This document shows positions 28,574 to 39,326 of a stretch of DNA of 64,000 nt, piece by piece; position 1 is the first letter of the stretch, and each line of letters begins with the position of its first letter. The notes below the pieces were generated by a model. That model did no database searches. It saw only the letters and a program-made list of their open reading frames with translations, and was not told the origin of the DNA. The stretch is from Planctomycetota bacterium (GTDB taxonomy: Bacteria; Planctomycetota; B15-G4), in assembly GCA_965248575.1 (NCBI GenBank), contig CBDFJQ010000002.1, positions 256,001-320,000 on the forward strand. Direction: 5' to 3'. A program made the translations under genes and the position numbers.

Positions 28574-29494
28574 TCAGCTGGTCTGCAGTGCAGGCAACAG
28601 CCTTGCCAGGTTGCCGCCCATGATGCGTTCCACTTCATCGGCGCTGGCGCTTGCTGCTCCCAGGGCCGCCAGCTGCTGATCTCGAATGTCGCCTCGATAG
28701 CCGCGCGGGAAGACGCTCGAATCCGTGCCGAACAAGAGGCGATCGGCGCCGTAGACATCGAGCGCCATGGCAAACACGTCTGCCAGATCGATGCGACCGG
28801 GGTGGGTTCGTATCCAGTCGTTGCTCGACGAGGTGTCGAGCATGACGTTGTCGCACTGAATGCCGAGCATCAGCGCTTCGCGCAGGAAGCCTCCCCCGAA
28901 GTGAGGGACCACGAACGTCAATTCGGGGAAGCGGTTCGCCGCCGGGACAAGCGAGAGCGGGTTGGCGAACGACAGGTCATACGGACGAGGTAGGCCGAGC
29001 AGGTCACGCAGCTTCACGGAGAGAATCCCGCAGTGCACGATGACGGGCGCCCCAGCCTGCTGTGCCATGGAGTAGATGTCATGACAACGCGGGTCGTCCG
29101 GCAGGAAGTGGTGCATGGCCGGAAAGGTGAGCAGGCCGCGGAAGCCCAACTCTGACAGGGCTCGTTGCGCGAAGTCGTTGGCGGTTGCAGCCGTGGGGTC
29201 CACGACGGTGTATGGCAGCAGCCGCCCCTTCGAACGGCGCCCAGCTTGAGCCACGGCCTCCGCTTCGGTGGGCAGGCTCGCGAAGGTCACCATGCGTTCG
29301 ACGCCGGCTGCGCCCATCTCCTCGAGCCAGCGATCGGTGTGGGCATCGATGTCGGGCCCGGGAACTTCGATGCCGGTTGCATCCGCCACTTCAGACAACA
29401 GCACCTCGTTGCTCTCGGAGCGGGGGGAGAGGGTGGCGAGCGTTTCGAAGAACGGCCGCGAGAAGAAGTGGGTATGCGCATCCTGGATCGTCAT
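28574..29494 (-). CDS. Amidohydrolase family protein (Amidohydro_2)
   Basis: DAHTH, VIVHCG, VPHFGGG, LDTSS, LLFGTDS, IMGGN. Confidence 0.88.
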   Translation of the reverse strand: MTIQDAHTHFFSRPFFETLATLSPRSESNEVLLSEVADATGIEVPGPDIDAHTDRWLEEMGAAGVERMVTFASLPTEAEAVAQAGRRSKGRLLPYTVVDPTAATANDFAQRALSELGFRGLLTFPAMHHFLPDDPRCHDIYSMAQQAGAPVIVHCGILSVKLRDLLGLPRPYDLSFANPLSLVPAANRFPELTFVVPHFGGGFLREALMLGIQCDNVMLDTSSSNDWIRTHPGRIDLADVFAMALDVYGADRLLFGTDSSVFPRGYRGDIRDQQLAALGAASASADEVERIMGGNLARLLPALQTS

Positions 29495-29547
29495 GGCGCT
29501 GATGATATCAGGCAGGTATGCGAGATCCCGGCTTGTAGACTGATTCC

Positions 29548-32500
29548 ATGAGCGGCGCGAGGCGGATCACGGAGGGACCACGGCAAGCTCCCTTCGCCTG
29601 CTTCCTTGCAACCCAGGCCCTGGGCGCGTTCAACGACAACGCCTTCCGCTTTGCGCTCCTGTTCACGCTCAAGGCGGCGACCGATGGCGCTGCCGAGAGC
29701 CGCCTGACAGGGATCGCCCAGGCCTTGTTCGCCCTGCCCTTTGTGCTCTTCGCGGCTTGGGCTGGAACGGCTGCGGACCGCTTCGGGAAGAGCCGTATCA
29801 TCGTCGCCTCCAAGCTGGCGGAAGTGCTCGTCATGACGGGGGGGCTCCTGGCATTCGGCAGCGGCGAGCCCGTGGCGCTGCTTGCCGTGCTGTTCCTCAT
29901 GAGCACCCAGAGCGCCTTCTTCGGCCCGGCCAAGTACGGCTGGGTGGCCGAGACCGTTCCGGAAGCCGAGCTCGCCCGGGCCAATGGCGTGGTTCAGATG
30001 ACCACCATGATCGCCATCGTCGCTGGGCAGCTGGCGGGGGGCGAACTCTTCCAACGCTCGGGTGGGTCGGTGGTCTCCTTGGCTTGGGTGTTCGTGGCGG
30101 TCGCTGGCCTGGGTTCCCTCACGGCGTACTTCGTCGGGCGCACGCCGGCGCAGCGGCCAGGGGCGCGCTTCGGGCGCAATCCTTTCGGGGATCTCGCGGG
30201 GACGTGGCGTGCCGTCCGTGCAGACCCTCGGCTGCTCTACACGATGTTGGGTATCGGGCACTTCTTCATGCTGTCGGCGCTGTTGCAGATCGATCTGCTG
30301 GACTATGGGCAGCAGGTGCTGGGCCTGGAGGCCGGTCCGTCGGCGCGCCTCGTCGCTACGGCCGTGGTGGGCATCGCGCTGGGTTCGCTGATGGCAGGGC
30401 GTTTGTCCGAAGGGCGCGTGGAGCTGGGCCTGGTTCCATTCGGCGCCCTGGTCATGAGTGTCGGCGTGTTCGCCTTGGCGCTCTGCGAGCCCATGCCGCT
30501 GAACATCCCGTTGCTGTCCGGCGTGAAGGGGATCGGCCCGTTGTTCACGGGCGGCTTGTGGCTGCCTGCCTGCCTGGTGTTGTTCACCGGGATCGCCGGC
30601 GGCTTCTTCGTGGTGCCCCTCTACGCCTTGCTGCAGCTGAGCGCTCCCACCCATGAGAAGGGCAGGTACCTGGCGTTCGGCAACCTGGTGAGCTTCCTGG
30701 GTATCGGGTTCGCCGCTCTCTTTCTCTGGCTGCCTGCCGAACTGGAGATGGGTCTTCGCGCACAGTTCAAGATGATCGCCCTGCTCTCCCTGGCGGGGAC
30801 GGTCGTCAGCCTGCGCTTGCTGCCTCATGCCTTCGTGCGCTTCCTGGCTTGGCTTCTGGCTCACAGCTTCTACCGCATCTCGGTGAGGCACGAAGACCGC
30901 CTTCCCAAGACGGGTGGCGCGCTGCTGGTGGCGAATCACGTGAGCTGGGTCGACGCCCTGATCCTCGCCGTGAGTTCCCGTCGCCAGCTGCACTTCCTGA
31001 TGCATCGCAGCTACTACGAGTGGAAGCCCACGCACTGGTTGTTCCGCATGATGGGCTGCATCCCCATCGAGTCTGGTGATTCGCCCGAGGTGGTGGAAGC
31101 CTCGCTGCGCGCCGCAGGGCAGCGCCTGGATGAGGGGCGCCTGGTGGTTATTTTCGCGGAGGGGGCCGTCACGCGTCTGGGACGCATGCTGCCCTTGCGG
31201 ACCGGCTACCAGCGCATCATGGCGGGCCGTCACTCGCCGATCATTCCGGTCCATCTGGGAGGGCTTTGGGGCAGCATCTTCAGTCACGCAGGGGGGCGCC
31301 TCCTGTGGAAGCTCCCGCGTGCCTTGCCCTATCCGGTCAGCGTGACCATCGGTGAAGCACTGGCCCCGGAGACTCCGCCCGAACAGGTCCGTGACGCCGT
31401 GCGAGCCCTGGGTGTGGAGGCCTGGGAGCAACGCGAGCATGCCGAGGAGGGTCTGGCGCGCACGCTTCGACGCAGGGGAAGGCGGAGCTTCGGCAAGCGT
31501 ATTCACGAGAGCGGGCAGCCAGCGACTTCCATCGCGCGGCTCATGGCTCAGTCAGCGCTGCTGGTGAAACCCTTGAGGCGTTCGCTGCTTGTGGCTTGTG
31601 AAGCGCGCGGGCTCAGTGCAGCTGAGTTGGGCGCCGTGGGTGTGCTCACCACACCGGGGCGGGATTCGGCGGTCCTGCTGCTCGCCCTCAGCGAACTGGC
31701 TGTGACCTCGCTGCCGCTCGACGCCCGGGAGGGCCGAGAGCTCTTGGAGCAGCGCCTGGGGGCCGCCGGCGTCCAGGTCGTGCTCTGCACCGGTGAGCTG
31801 GGCGCACCCGACATCGTGACGGTCGTTCCCGTGGGCGCCTTGCTGGATGCGCTGCGCACTCGACCCCTGCGTTGGAGGACGATGGTGGCCGGCTTGTTGC
31901 CCATGCGTTGCCTCTCCCGTCCGCGGCCCTTCGCACCGACAGCCCCTCAGCCTGCTCCCATCGAGTCCTTGGTGTTCTCCCGGGCAGGGGCTGTCCGGGC
32001 ACTCAGCGCAGGCAACCTCCTGAGCGCCGTCGACGGCTTGCAGCAAGTGCTTGAGCCCGAACGCGATCAGGACGGCATTCTGGGCATCCTGCCTCACGCC
32101 TCGGCCTACGGATTGGTCTGCACCCTCTGGTTTCCACTGCTGACATCCACGCGCGTGTGCTGGGTGAAAGAGGGAGACGATGGTCTTGCCGCGGGCAAGG
32201 CCGTGGTGCGCCACGGCCTGACGTACTTCTTTGGAACGCCTGGCCACATCGACCTCCTGAGTCGCGAGGCCAAGTCCGGGCATCTGGGCAGCCTGCGTCT
32301 CGTCGTCTGCGGTGAGGGCCATCTCAGCTCGGCCTCTCGAGCGAAGTTCGAGGACCGCTTCGGGCTCGCACCGACGTCCGCCCTCACATCCACCGCTTGC
32401 TCCGGGCTCGTGGCGCTCAACACGCCGGATGTGCGCACCGCAGGCCACTACCAGAAGGGGACCCAGGAAGGTTCGGTGGGTCATCCCTTGCCGCGGGTCT

Positions 32501-32742
32501 TGCTCGACGTGTCGGGTGGGCAGCCGTCGGACGGGGCGCGGCAGGAGCAGAGGCCGCCGTCACGGGGGCAGGCGCTGGGGCTGATCCGGGTGCGCGGCGC
32601 CTGCCTCAGCCGCCGGGTCGAAGGCGGGCGCCTGCTGCCACCCGAAGACTCTGTGCAGCTGAACGAGCGGGGCCACGTGGACCGACACGGCTTCCTCTAC
32701 CTGGCGCCGGAGCCCGAATCCGTCGAAGACGGCGATTCATAG
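29548..32742 (+). CDS. LplT-type MFS / acyltransferase / degenerate AMP-binding fusion (Aas-like)
   Basis: TQALGAFNDN, QSAFFGPAKYG (LplT); NHVSWVD, IFAEG (acyltransferase); the C-terminus retains NTPD and GSVGHPLP but lacks the P-loop. Confidence 0.85.
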   Translation: MSGARRITEGPRQAPFACFLATQALGAFNDNAFRFALLFTLKAATDGAAESRLTGIAQALFALPFVLFAAWAGTAADRFGKSRIIVASKLAEVLVMTGGLLAFGSGEPVALLAVLFLMSTQSAFFGPAKYGWVAETVPEAELARANGVVQMTTMIAIVAGQLAGGELFQRSGGSVVSLAWVFVAVAGLGSLTAYFVGRTPAQRPGARFGRNPFGDLAGTWRAVRADPRLLYTMLGIGHFFMLSALLQIDLLDYGQQVLGLEAGPSARLVATAVVGIALGSLMAGRLSEGRVELGLVPFGALVMSVGVFALALCEPMPLNIPLLSGVKGIGPLFTGGLWLPACLVLFTGIAGGFFVVPLYALLQLSAPTHEKGRYLAFGNLVSFLGIGFAALFLWLPAELEMGLRAQFKMIALLSLAGTVVSLRLLPHAFVRFLAWLLAHSFYRISVRHEDRLPKTGGALLVANHVSWVDALILAVSSRRQLHFLMHRSYYEWKPTHWLFRMMGCIPIESGDSPEVVEASLRAAGQRLDEGRLVVIFAEGAVTRLGRMLPLRTGYQRIMAGRHSPIIPVHLGGLWGSIFSHAGGRLLWKLPRALPYPVSVTIGEALAPETPPEQVRDAVRALGVEAWEQREHAEEGLARTLRRRGRRSFGKRIHESGQPATSIARLMAQSALLVKPLRRSLLVACEARGLSAAELGAVGVLTTPGRDSAVLLLALSELAVTSLPLDAREGRELLEQRLGAAGVQVVLCTGELGAPDIVTVVPVGALLDALRTRPLRWRTMVAGLLPMRCLSRPRPFAPTAPQPAPIESLVFSRAGAVRALSAGNLLSAVDGLQQVLEPERDQDGILGILPHASAYGLVCTLWFPLLTSTRVCWVKEGDDGLAAGKAVVRHGLTYFFGTPGHIDLLSREAKSGHLGSLRLVVCGEGHLSSASRAKFEDRFGLAPTSALTSTACSGLVALNTPDVRTAGHYQKGTQEGSVGHPLPRVLLDVSGGQPSDGARQEQRPPSRGQALGLIRVRGACLSRRVEGGRLLPPEDSVQLNERGHVDRHGFLYLAPEPESVEDGDS

Positions 32743-32750
32743 ATCAGGGA

Positions 32751-33029
32751 TCAGATCGTTTTTCGGCCAAAGGGCCAGAATCGCCGCCGAGGGGGCGCTT
32801 CCTCCGGCAGTTCCTTGAGGACCTCCTCGGCTGCCCTCAGGTAGTCCTTCACGCAGGGGACACATCCGCTGTTGCAGCAAACAAAAGAGCGGGGGTCGGC
32901 CGTGCCCTGCACGAGCCGGCGAACCGAGTCTCCCAGCATCTCCGGCAGGCCCTGCTTGCGAAGCGCCTTCTGAAACACGCGTTCGAAGCGCGGATGATGA
33001 ATGATGTTCTCGCGAGGGCCGTTCGTCAT
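32751..33029 (-). CDS. Small Cys-cluster protein (oxidoreductase-like CCxSGCxPC domain)
   Basis: CCNSGCVPC; TAGACT box 7 nt upstream of ATG 33029. Confidence 0.65.
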   Translation of the reverse strand: MTNGPRENIIHHPRFERVFQKALRKQGLPEMLGDSVRRLVQGTADPRSFVCCNSGCVPCVKDYLRAAEEVLKELPEEAPPRRRFWPFGRKTI

Positions 33030-33100
33030 ATCGTGGAGTCTAGCGTGATGATGGCTCACGCGCTTCGCCGCCTTTCTGTTCCTCGAACGGACTCTCGATC

Positions 33101-33919
33101 ATGAATCGCCTGCTCGCCGTGATGCTCTTGCTGGCTTGCCTGATGCCCGTCGCTTGCCAGACGGCGCCGCTCACGGGTCGCTACCAGTTCCTGCCGATTC
33201 CCGAGTCCACCGAAAACGAGATCGGTCAGTCGGCCTGGGACCAGACTCTCGCCGATGCCAAAGCCCAGGGAACCCTGGTGACCCAGGGCGCGGCGGCCAA
33301 GATGGTCCAGCGCGTGGGCATGGCCATCGCCGCCGCAGCGAAGCGGCATCCCGAGACACGCGAGCTGGCCGAGAGCTACTCCTGGGAGTTCGTGCTGCTG
33401 TCTTCGGACCAGATCAACGCGTGGGCGTTGCCGGGCGGGCGATCGGCGGTCTACACGGGGCTGTTGACCGTCGCGACGAATGAGTCAGAGCTTGCCGCGG
33501 TGATGGGGCACGAGGTGGCGCACGCCTTGGCACGTCACTCGGGTGAGCGCATGGCGCAGAACATGATGGTCCAAGCCGGGCTCACCGTGGCCAACCTCCT
33601 GTCGGGCGAGATGACCGAGGAGAACAGGGGCTTGCTCATGTCCTCGCTCGGCATGGTGGGAGAGGCGGGTGTGTTGCTGCCGTTCTCGCGAGCCCACGAA
33701 TCCGAGGCCGACGAGATCGGCCTGTTCCTCGCTGCGGACGCTGGCTATGACCCGCGCGGCTCAGTCCGGCTCTGGCAGAAGATGGGCGAACTGGGTGGCG
33801 AGCGTCCTCCCGAGTTGCTGTCCACCCACCCCAGTGAGGCCACGCGCATCGAGAAGCTGAGCGACCTCATGCCCAAGGCATTGAAGGTCTACAAGAAGGC
33901 TCAGGCAGCGGGCCGTTAG
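33101..33919 (+). CDS. M48 family metallopeptidase, lipoprotein
   Basis: PVAC lipobox, INAWALPGG, HEVAH, SRAHESEAD, LSTHP. Confidence 0.93.
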   Translation: MNRLLAVMLLLACLMPVACQTAPLTGRYQFLPIPESTENEIGQSAWDQTLADAKAQGTLVTQGAAAKMVQRVGMAIAAAAKRHPETRELAESYSWEFVLLSSDQINAWALPGGRSAVYTGLLTVATNESELAAVMGHEVAHALARHSGERMAQNMMVQAGLTVANLLSGEMTEENRGLLMSSLGMVGEAGVLLPFSRAHESEADEIGLFLAADAGYDPRGSVRLWQKMGELGGERPPELLSTHPSEATRIEKLSDLMPKALKVYKKAQAAGR

Positions 33920-33934
33920 GCGACACCACGCGGC

Positions 33935-36900
33935 TCAGGGCGACATCAGCAGATCGTGGGCCGGTGCACTGGTCCACAGGACCCGGGGGTCTACGGGAGT
34001 TCCGGGCGCCACCAGGAGCGCGACCTGGCCTTCGGTGACGTCGAGCTGGAGGGTGGACTCTTCCATGGGCCGCTCGGGCTCGATGCCTGCTCGCACAGGG
34101 GCTATGTAGCGGGGGGCGTCCGTGGCGAGATCCAAGTCGCCGCAGGCGTCGTGCAAGTGGGTGGTGCCTGGCGCGCATCGGTGCAGGAGCGAGGGGCCGA
34201 GTTCTGCGCACACCGCCTCCGCATCCGCAGCGGGGATGAGCCACACGCAGGCCCGTGAAGCTCCGACCGCGATGCCCTGCGTGGGCCCCTTCCAACGGCC
34301 TGCTCGAAAGAGCTGTCGTGCCATCTCGATCGGCATCCGGGCCCACTCGCTTTCCGAAGGGCTGTAGCCGCCACCTCCTGGCGTCGCGATGCAGGCACCC
34401 CGGCGACTCAGCAGATCCTTGCCAGCGGCGCCCGCTTCGGCGCGCAGCCCGAAGGGCCGGGTGCGTCGACGCTCCACCAGTAGCGAGGCGTCGAGGTCCT
34501 GCAGGAACTCCAGCTCGCGCAGCACGCCGTCGCCGCCGCGCCAGACGCCATGCCCCCCGGAACCACGGCGGACTTCGAAGCGCTTCACTAGCACCGGGTA
34601 GCGCTGCTCCAGGATCTCTGGATCGGTGATGCGCGTGTTCGTCATGTGGGTGTGCACCGCGCTGGCGCCGTCGAAGCCGTAGCCGGCCCCCGCGCCGCCG
34701 CAGATGGTCTCGTAGTAGCCAAAGGACTCCGTGCCGAGGGTGAGGTTGTTCATCGTTCCTTGGGAGGCAGCCAGCTTGCCCAAGGCGCCGAACAGGACGT
34801 CGACCACGCGCTGACTGGTCTCGACGTTGCCGCCCACCACGGCCGCCGGGTAGCGCGGGTCCAGCAGGCTGCCGGGCGGGATGCGGATGTCGAGCGGGCG
34901 CAGGCAGCCCTCGTTCAGCGGAATGGAGCGCTTCGCGAGGGTGCGGAAGGCGTAGAGCACAGCGGCACGGGTGACGGCGCGGGGGGCGTTCCTGTTTCCG
35001 GCCTGCTGGGGGGAGGTGCCCGCGAAATCCACCACCGCCTTGTTGCCGTCGATCCGGATGTCGACGCAGAGGCGCGAGCCGTCATCCAGCTCGTCCTGGA
35101 AGGAACCACTCTCGAGGCCGGCGACCACGCCGCTCATGACGTCGGCGGCGTTGTCTTCGACATGCGCCATCCAAGCCTGGACGAGCGCCGTGCCCTCTTG
35201 ATTGCAGAGCTCATGCAGAAGGCTTGCGCCGGCGACGTTGCATGCGACCTGGGCGCGCAGGTCTCCAAGGCGTTCGTCCAAGCCTCGCGCGCCTGCGGCC
35301 AGCAAGCGTTCGCTCAGCTCGGATTCCCGCAGCTCCCCGTCGCGGAGGATCAGCACATCCTGGAAGAGGGCTCCTTCCTGATCGATGTGGGTGGAGTCTG
35401 GAGGCATCGAGCCGGGGGTGATGCCGCCCACGTCAGCGTGATGGCCGCGGTTGGCCACGAGGAAGGCCAGGCGTCCCTCACGGAAGACGGGGGTGACGAC
35501 GGTCAGGTCCGGTAGATGGGAGCCGCCGCCGTAGGGATCGTTGCTGAGCCAGGCGTCACCATCACGCAAGTCTTGGCGCGCGAGAAGGCCGCGCACCGTT
35601 TCACCCACTGCACCCAGATGAACCGGAATATGAGGGGCGTTGGCGACGAGTCGACCCTGGGCATCGAAGAGTGCGCACGAGAAGTCGAGGCGTTCCTTGA
35701 TGTTGGTGGAGTGCGCGACCCGTTGCAGGTGCTCTCCCATCTGGGTCGCAATGGACATGAAGCGGTTCGAGAAGACTTCGAGGCTGACAGGGTCCGGTGG
35801 GTCGCCATCGGTGGTACCGGTGGCGGCATCCGTGGTGGCGTCCGTGGGCGCCTCGCGCGCCAGGCGCAGGCTCGGGGCTTGATCCTCGAGGATCAGGAGG
35901 CCGCGGCCGTCCACCCGAGCCAGCCAACCCTCCTCCACCACGGTGGTGGCGCAGTCCTCCACGATCAGTGCCGGGCCCTGGAGTCGGGACCCTGGTGCCA
36001 GACGTGCACGGATGAAGAGCGGCAGGGGGCCTGAGTTGTCGTCCGGTTGGACGTCATGGGGGACGCAGGGCTTGGCAGCTGCGTGGGGCGAGGCGCTGAG
36101 CGAGACGGCATCGACGCGGGTGGCGACGATCTCCACCTCCCGGTCCGCCTGGATGAAGCCGAAGAGCTGCTGGTGCCTGGCCTCGAAGTCGGTCCGCCAC
36201 TGCTCGGACCAGGGCACGTTGAGCGTGGCATCGACACCGACATAGCGCAGGTCCACAGTCAGCAAGATCTGGATCTCATCCCGTGCGTCGACCCGGGACT
36301 CCAAGGCGGACCGGGCCTCAGCAATCGGGAAGTCGGAATCTTCCAGCGGGAAGGCGTGGGGCCGGACTGGTTGCTTGAGCTGGCGCAGGGCGTGGCGACT
36401 GACGTCGGCCTGACCCAGGCCCCATGCTGACAAGACGCCCGCCATGGGATGGATCAGGACGTGACGGATGCCCAGTGTGCGCGCCAACTCGCAGCCGTGT
36501 TGTGGCCCCGCGCCGCCGAAGGCGCAGAGTGCGTGGTCCCGGGGGTCATAGCCGCGCGCCACGCTGATGCTGCGAATGGCCGCGCCCATGTTCTCGACGG
36601 CGACACGCAGGAAGCCCCGCGCACTGGCCTCCGGGTCCCCGAACTCGCCGAGCCGGGTGCGGGCCGCCTGCATGTCGAGTTCCATGTGTGGGAACCACTC
36701 GGGACGCAGTCGCCCCAGGACGAGGTTGCAGTCGGTGACCGTGGCGGGGCCGCCGCGCCCATAGCAGGCGGGGCCCGGGAGCGCGCCTGCGCTCTCTGGG
36801 CCCACCAGGAAGCGGCCGTCACGCAGGCTGCAAACGGACCCGCCGCCTGCGGCGACCGTCACGATGTTCAAGGCGGGAGCGCGAATGTGGATCCCGTCGA

Positions 36901-37762
36901 TCTCGGTTTCAAAGACCCTCTCCAGCTGCTCGTCGCAGCGGCAGACATCCGTGGAGGTGCCGCCCATGTCGAGCCCGATGACGTTTGTGAAGCCGGCCAG
37001 ACGGGCCACCTCTCGCGTGGCCACGACGCCCCCAGCCGGCCCCGACAGCAGGGCGTCCTTGCCGCTGAACACTCTGCGACCCGTGAGGCCGCCAGAGGAC
37101 TGCATGCAGAGCAGCCGCGCTGCGTCAACGCTCACGGCGTCTACCGAACGTCGCAGGATCGGCGTCAAATAGGCGTCGGCGATGGTCGTCTGGCCTCGTG
37201 GGACCGCGCCGATCTCGGGCGTGACCTTGTGCGAGAGGGTGATGTGCTTCACTCCCTCTTCGCGGGCCACACGCTCCACGAGTTGCTCGTGCGCGGGATT
37301 CACATGGGCATTGAGGAAGAGCACTGCCACGTGCTCCAAACCTTGGAGCGCCTTCCGCAACGCCGGAACGTCGGGGGACACCCGCACCGAGCCGTCCGAC
37401 ATGATCCGTTCGTCCACCTCGACAACCTGCTCGTGCAGAGGCAGGTGCTTCACCACATTCAGGGCGAAGATGTCCGGGCGATCCTGGTTACCGATCTCGA
37501 GCAGGTCCGCGAACCCGCGGGTGGTGAGCAAGGTGACCGACTCGCCCGTGCGTTCCAGCAGGGCGTTGGTGGCGACGGTGGTCCCGAGCCGGAGCTCGGA
37601 CACGGGGTGGCCCAGGTCTTCCTGTTCATGGGCCACTCGCGAGGTGGCATCGCCGTCCTCCGTGCGCGAAAGCAGCTTCCGGATCTGGACCTCTCCAGCC
37701 GGACCCCGAGCCACGACATCCGTAAAGGTGCCACCGCGGTCGACGAGAAGCTGCCAGCTCAC
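33935..37762 (-). CDS. Fused hydantoinase A/B / ATP-dependent 5-oxoprolinase with C-terminal DUF1445-like extension
   Basis: [71 protein letters not shown] followed by about 140 extra residues. Confidence 0.92.
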   Translation of the reverse strand: MSWQLLVDRGGTFTDVVARGPAGEVQIRKLLSRTEDGDATSRVAHEQEDLGHPVSELRLGTTVATNALLERTGESVTLLTTRGFADLLEIGNQDRPDIFALNVVKHLPLHEQVVEVDERIMSDGSVRVSPDVPALRKALQGLEHVAVLFLNAHVNPAHEQLVERVAREEGVKHITLSHKVTPEIGAVPRGQTTIADAYLTPILRRSVDAVSVDAARLLCMQSSGGLTGRRVFSGKDALLSGPAGGVVATREVARLAGFTNVIGLDMGGTSTDVCRCDEQLERVFETEIDGIHIRAPALNIVTVAAGGGSVCSLRDGRFLVGPESAGALPGPACYGRGGPATVTDCNLVLGRLRPEWFPHMELDMQAARTRLGEFGDPEASARGFLRVAVENMGAAIRSISVARGYDPRDHALCAFGGAGPQHGCELARTLGIRHVLIHPMAGVLSAWGLGQADVSRHALRQLKQPVRPHAFPLEDSDFPIAEARSALESRVDARDEIQILLTVDLRYVGVDATLNVPWSEQWRTDFEARHQQLFGFIQADREVEIVATRVDAVSLSASPHAAAKPCVPHDVQPDDNSGPLPLFIRARLAPGSRLQGPALIVEDCATTVVEEGWLARVDGRGLLILEDQAPSLRLAREAPTDATTDAATGTTDGDPPDPVSLEVFSNRFMSIATQMGEHLQRVAHSTNIKERLDFSCALFDAQGRLVANAPHIPVHLGAVGETVRGLLARQDLRDGDAWLSNDPYGGGSHLPDLTVVTPVFREGRLAFLVANRGHHADVGGITPGSMPPDSTHIDQEGALFQDVLILRDGELRESELSERLLAAGARGLDERLGDLRAQVACNVAGASLLHELCNQEGTALVQAWMAHVEDNAADVMSGVVAGLESGSFQDELDDGSRLCVDIRIDGNKAVVDFAGTSPQQAGNRNAPRAVTRAAVLYAFRTLAKRSIPLNEGCLRPLDIRIPPGSLLDPRYPAAVVGGNVETSQRVVDVLFGALGKLAASQGTMNNLTLGTESFGYYETICGGAGAGYGFDGASAVHTHMTNTRITDPEILEQRYPVLVKRFEVRRGSGGHGVWRGGDGVLRELEFLQDLDASLLVERRRTRPFGLRAEAGAAGKDLLSRRGACIATPGGGGYSPSESEWARMPIEMARQLFRAGRWKGPTQGIAVGASRACVWLIPAADAEAVCAELGPSLLHRCAPGTTHLHDACGDLDLATDAPRYIAPVRAGIEPERPMEESTLQLDVTEGQVALLVAPGTPVDPRVLWTSAPAHDLLMSP

Positions 37763-37848
37763 GAGGCGGATTCTAGCCGGGCCATGAAGCCGATGGTTAT
37801 GCTCGCTGCTTGCAGTCTTCCTGCCCTCCCCGCCTTGAGCTCCAAACC

Positions 37849-38190
37849 ATGACTGAGACCACCGTCTACTGCCAGAACTGCGGCACGGACATCACGGGCA
37901 AGGAGAAGACCTTCTACGGCAACGTGTTGTGTGGCGAGGAGTGCCGGGAGCAGCTGTCGGCTGCGGTCTATTTCCGGGACGGCCCTCCCGATGAGGGGGC
38001 AACCTGGTTCTGTCCTCACTGTGCGTCCAAGAATCCCCTGGGCGACCCTCGCGAGGACATCCGGCCGCAGTGTGTCAGTTGCGGCAAGGGGTTGGACCCC
38101 GCCAGCGCTTCGCCCCCCAAGAAGGGGGGCTGCATGCCGATGGTGTTGCTGCCGCTGGGCCTGGCGGTCTACCACCTCTACGGCGGCTAG
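37849..38190 (+). CDS. Small multi-zinc-ribbon membrane-anchored protein
   Basis: CQNC, CGEEC, CPHC, CVSC; C-terminal KKGGC plus hydrophobic tail. Confidence 0.7.
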   Translation: MTETTVYCQNCGTDITGKEKTFYGNVLCGEECREQLSAAVYFRDGPPDEGATWFCPHCASKNPLGDPREDIRPQCVSCGKGLDPASASPPKKGGCMPMVLLPLGLAVYHLYGG

Positions 38191-38231
38191 CCTGCCGCCC
38201 TCAGTGCACCCCGGACGGCCCAGGGCCCAGG

Positions 38232-39014
38232 CTAGGCCAGTTGATCGACGCTCGGGACCTGGATCAGCCGCCCGTCGTCCAGGCACACGGCGCTCAAGCT
38301 GGCGCCCCAGACGCAGCCTGAGTCGAGCCCCAGCACGCCGGGTGCGCGGTGCAGGCCCAGGGCCGCCCAGTGCCCGAAGACCACCGTCGTTTCGGGTGCC
38401 CGGGAGTGGGGGTGCTCGAACCACGGCCGGAAACCCTCGGGTGCCGTGGCGGGCGGTCCCTTGAAGTCTTCACAGAGCTGCCCTGATGCCGAACAGGTCC
38501 GGATCCGGGTGAAGACGGCCGTCCATTGCGCGAGCTGTCCTGGGGCGTAGAGCGCGGCCGTTCCGTCGCGAGCGCGCAGTGTCGTCTCGAGCTCCCGGGC
38601 GTGAGCGATGGCGCTGTCCTCGTCCCAGCTCGGGAGCAGTCCTGCATGCACCATGATCCAACGCCCCAGGAGCGTGGACTGTTCGTGATGGAGCAGCGGC
38701 TGTCGTCTCAGCCAATCCAGGAGTTCATCCCGATCGGGTGCGTTCAGGATGGGTTGCAGAGTGTCCTTTGACGCAAGTTTGCGGTGGCCTGCATGCACGG
38801 CCAACAGATGGAGGTCGTGGTTCCCGAGCACGGTCGTGACACACGACTCGTGGGCGAGAACCCATCTCAGGACTGCGAGGGATTCTGGGCCGCGGTTGAC
38901 CAAATCACCCACCAGCCAGAGTTGATCTCTGCGCGGGTCAAAATCCATGCGAGCCAGCAAACGCTGGAAACTCGCGAAACAGCCCTGGATGTCGCCGAGG
39001 GCGTAAGTCGCCAT
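38232..39014 (-). CDS. apaH: Symmetrical bis(5'-nucleosyl)-tetraphosphatase
   Basis: GDIQGC, GDLVNRGPESL, LGNHDLHLL, VHAGL, FGHWAALG, LDSGCVWG. Confidence 0.95.
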   Translation of the reverse strand: MATYALGDIQGCFASFQRLLARMDFDPRRDQLWLVGDLVNRGPESLAVLRWVLAHESCVTTVLGNHDLHLLAVHAGHRKLASKDTLQPILNAPDRDELLDWLRRQPLLHHEQSTLLGRWIMVHAGLLPSWDEDSAIAHARELETTLRARDGTAALYAPGQLAQWTAVFTRIRTCSASGQLCEDFKGPPATAPEGFRPWFEHPHSRAPETTVVFGHWAALGLHRAPGVLGLDSGCVWGASLSAVCLDDGRLIQVPSVDQLA

Positions 39015-39326
39015 GAATGCACGTGTCCTCGCTGATCGAGAGAAGGGGTGTAGGATGGGAAGCCATCGCAACCCCTGCAAGCGGCGGCCTGCCAGGGAGT
39101 GCTTCCCGAAACCCGAAGACGACGTGCCATCCGTGCCCCGATGTGCGCTCCCGATGCGCTCATGGGCTCCTCACCCTGCGGGCGTGGGTCCTGCGGACGA
39201 CCTTCGTTTTGACCAGGTCTCGGAGCATTCCTTAGAGTCCGATGCCTGAGGATGCGCGAGGGCCGGACAGTCCGGCCAGACGTCGATTCCGATTCTTGAT
39301 CCTGTTTGACCCTGGACACCACCCCG

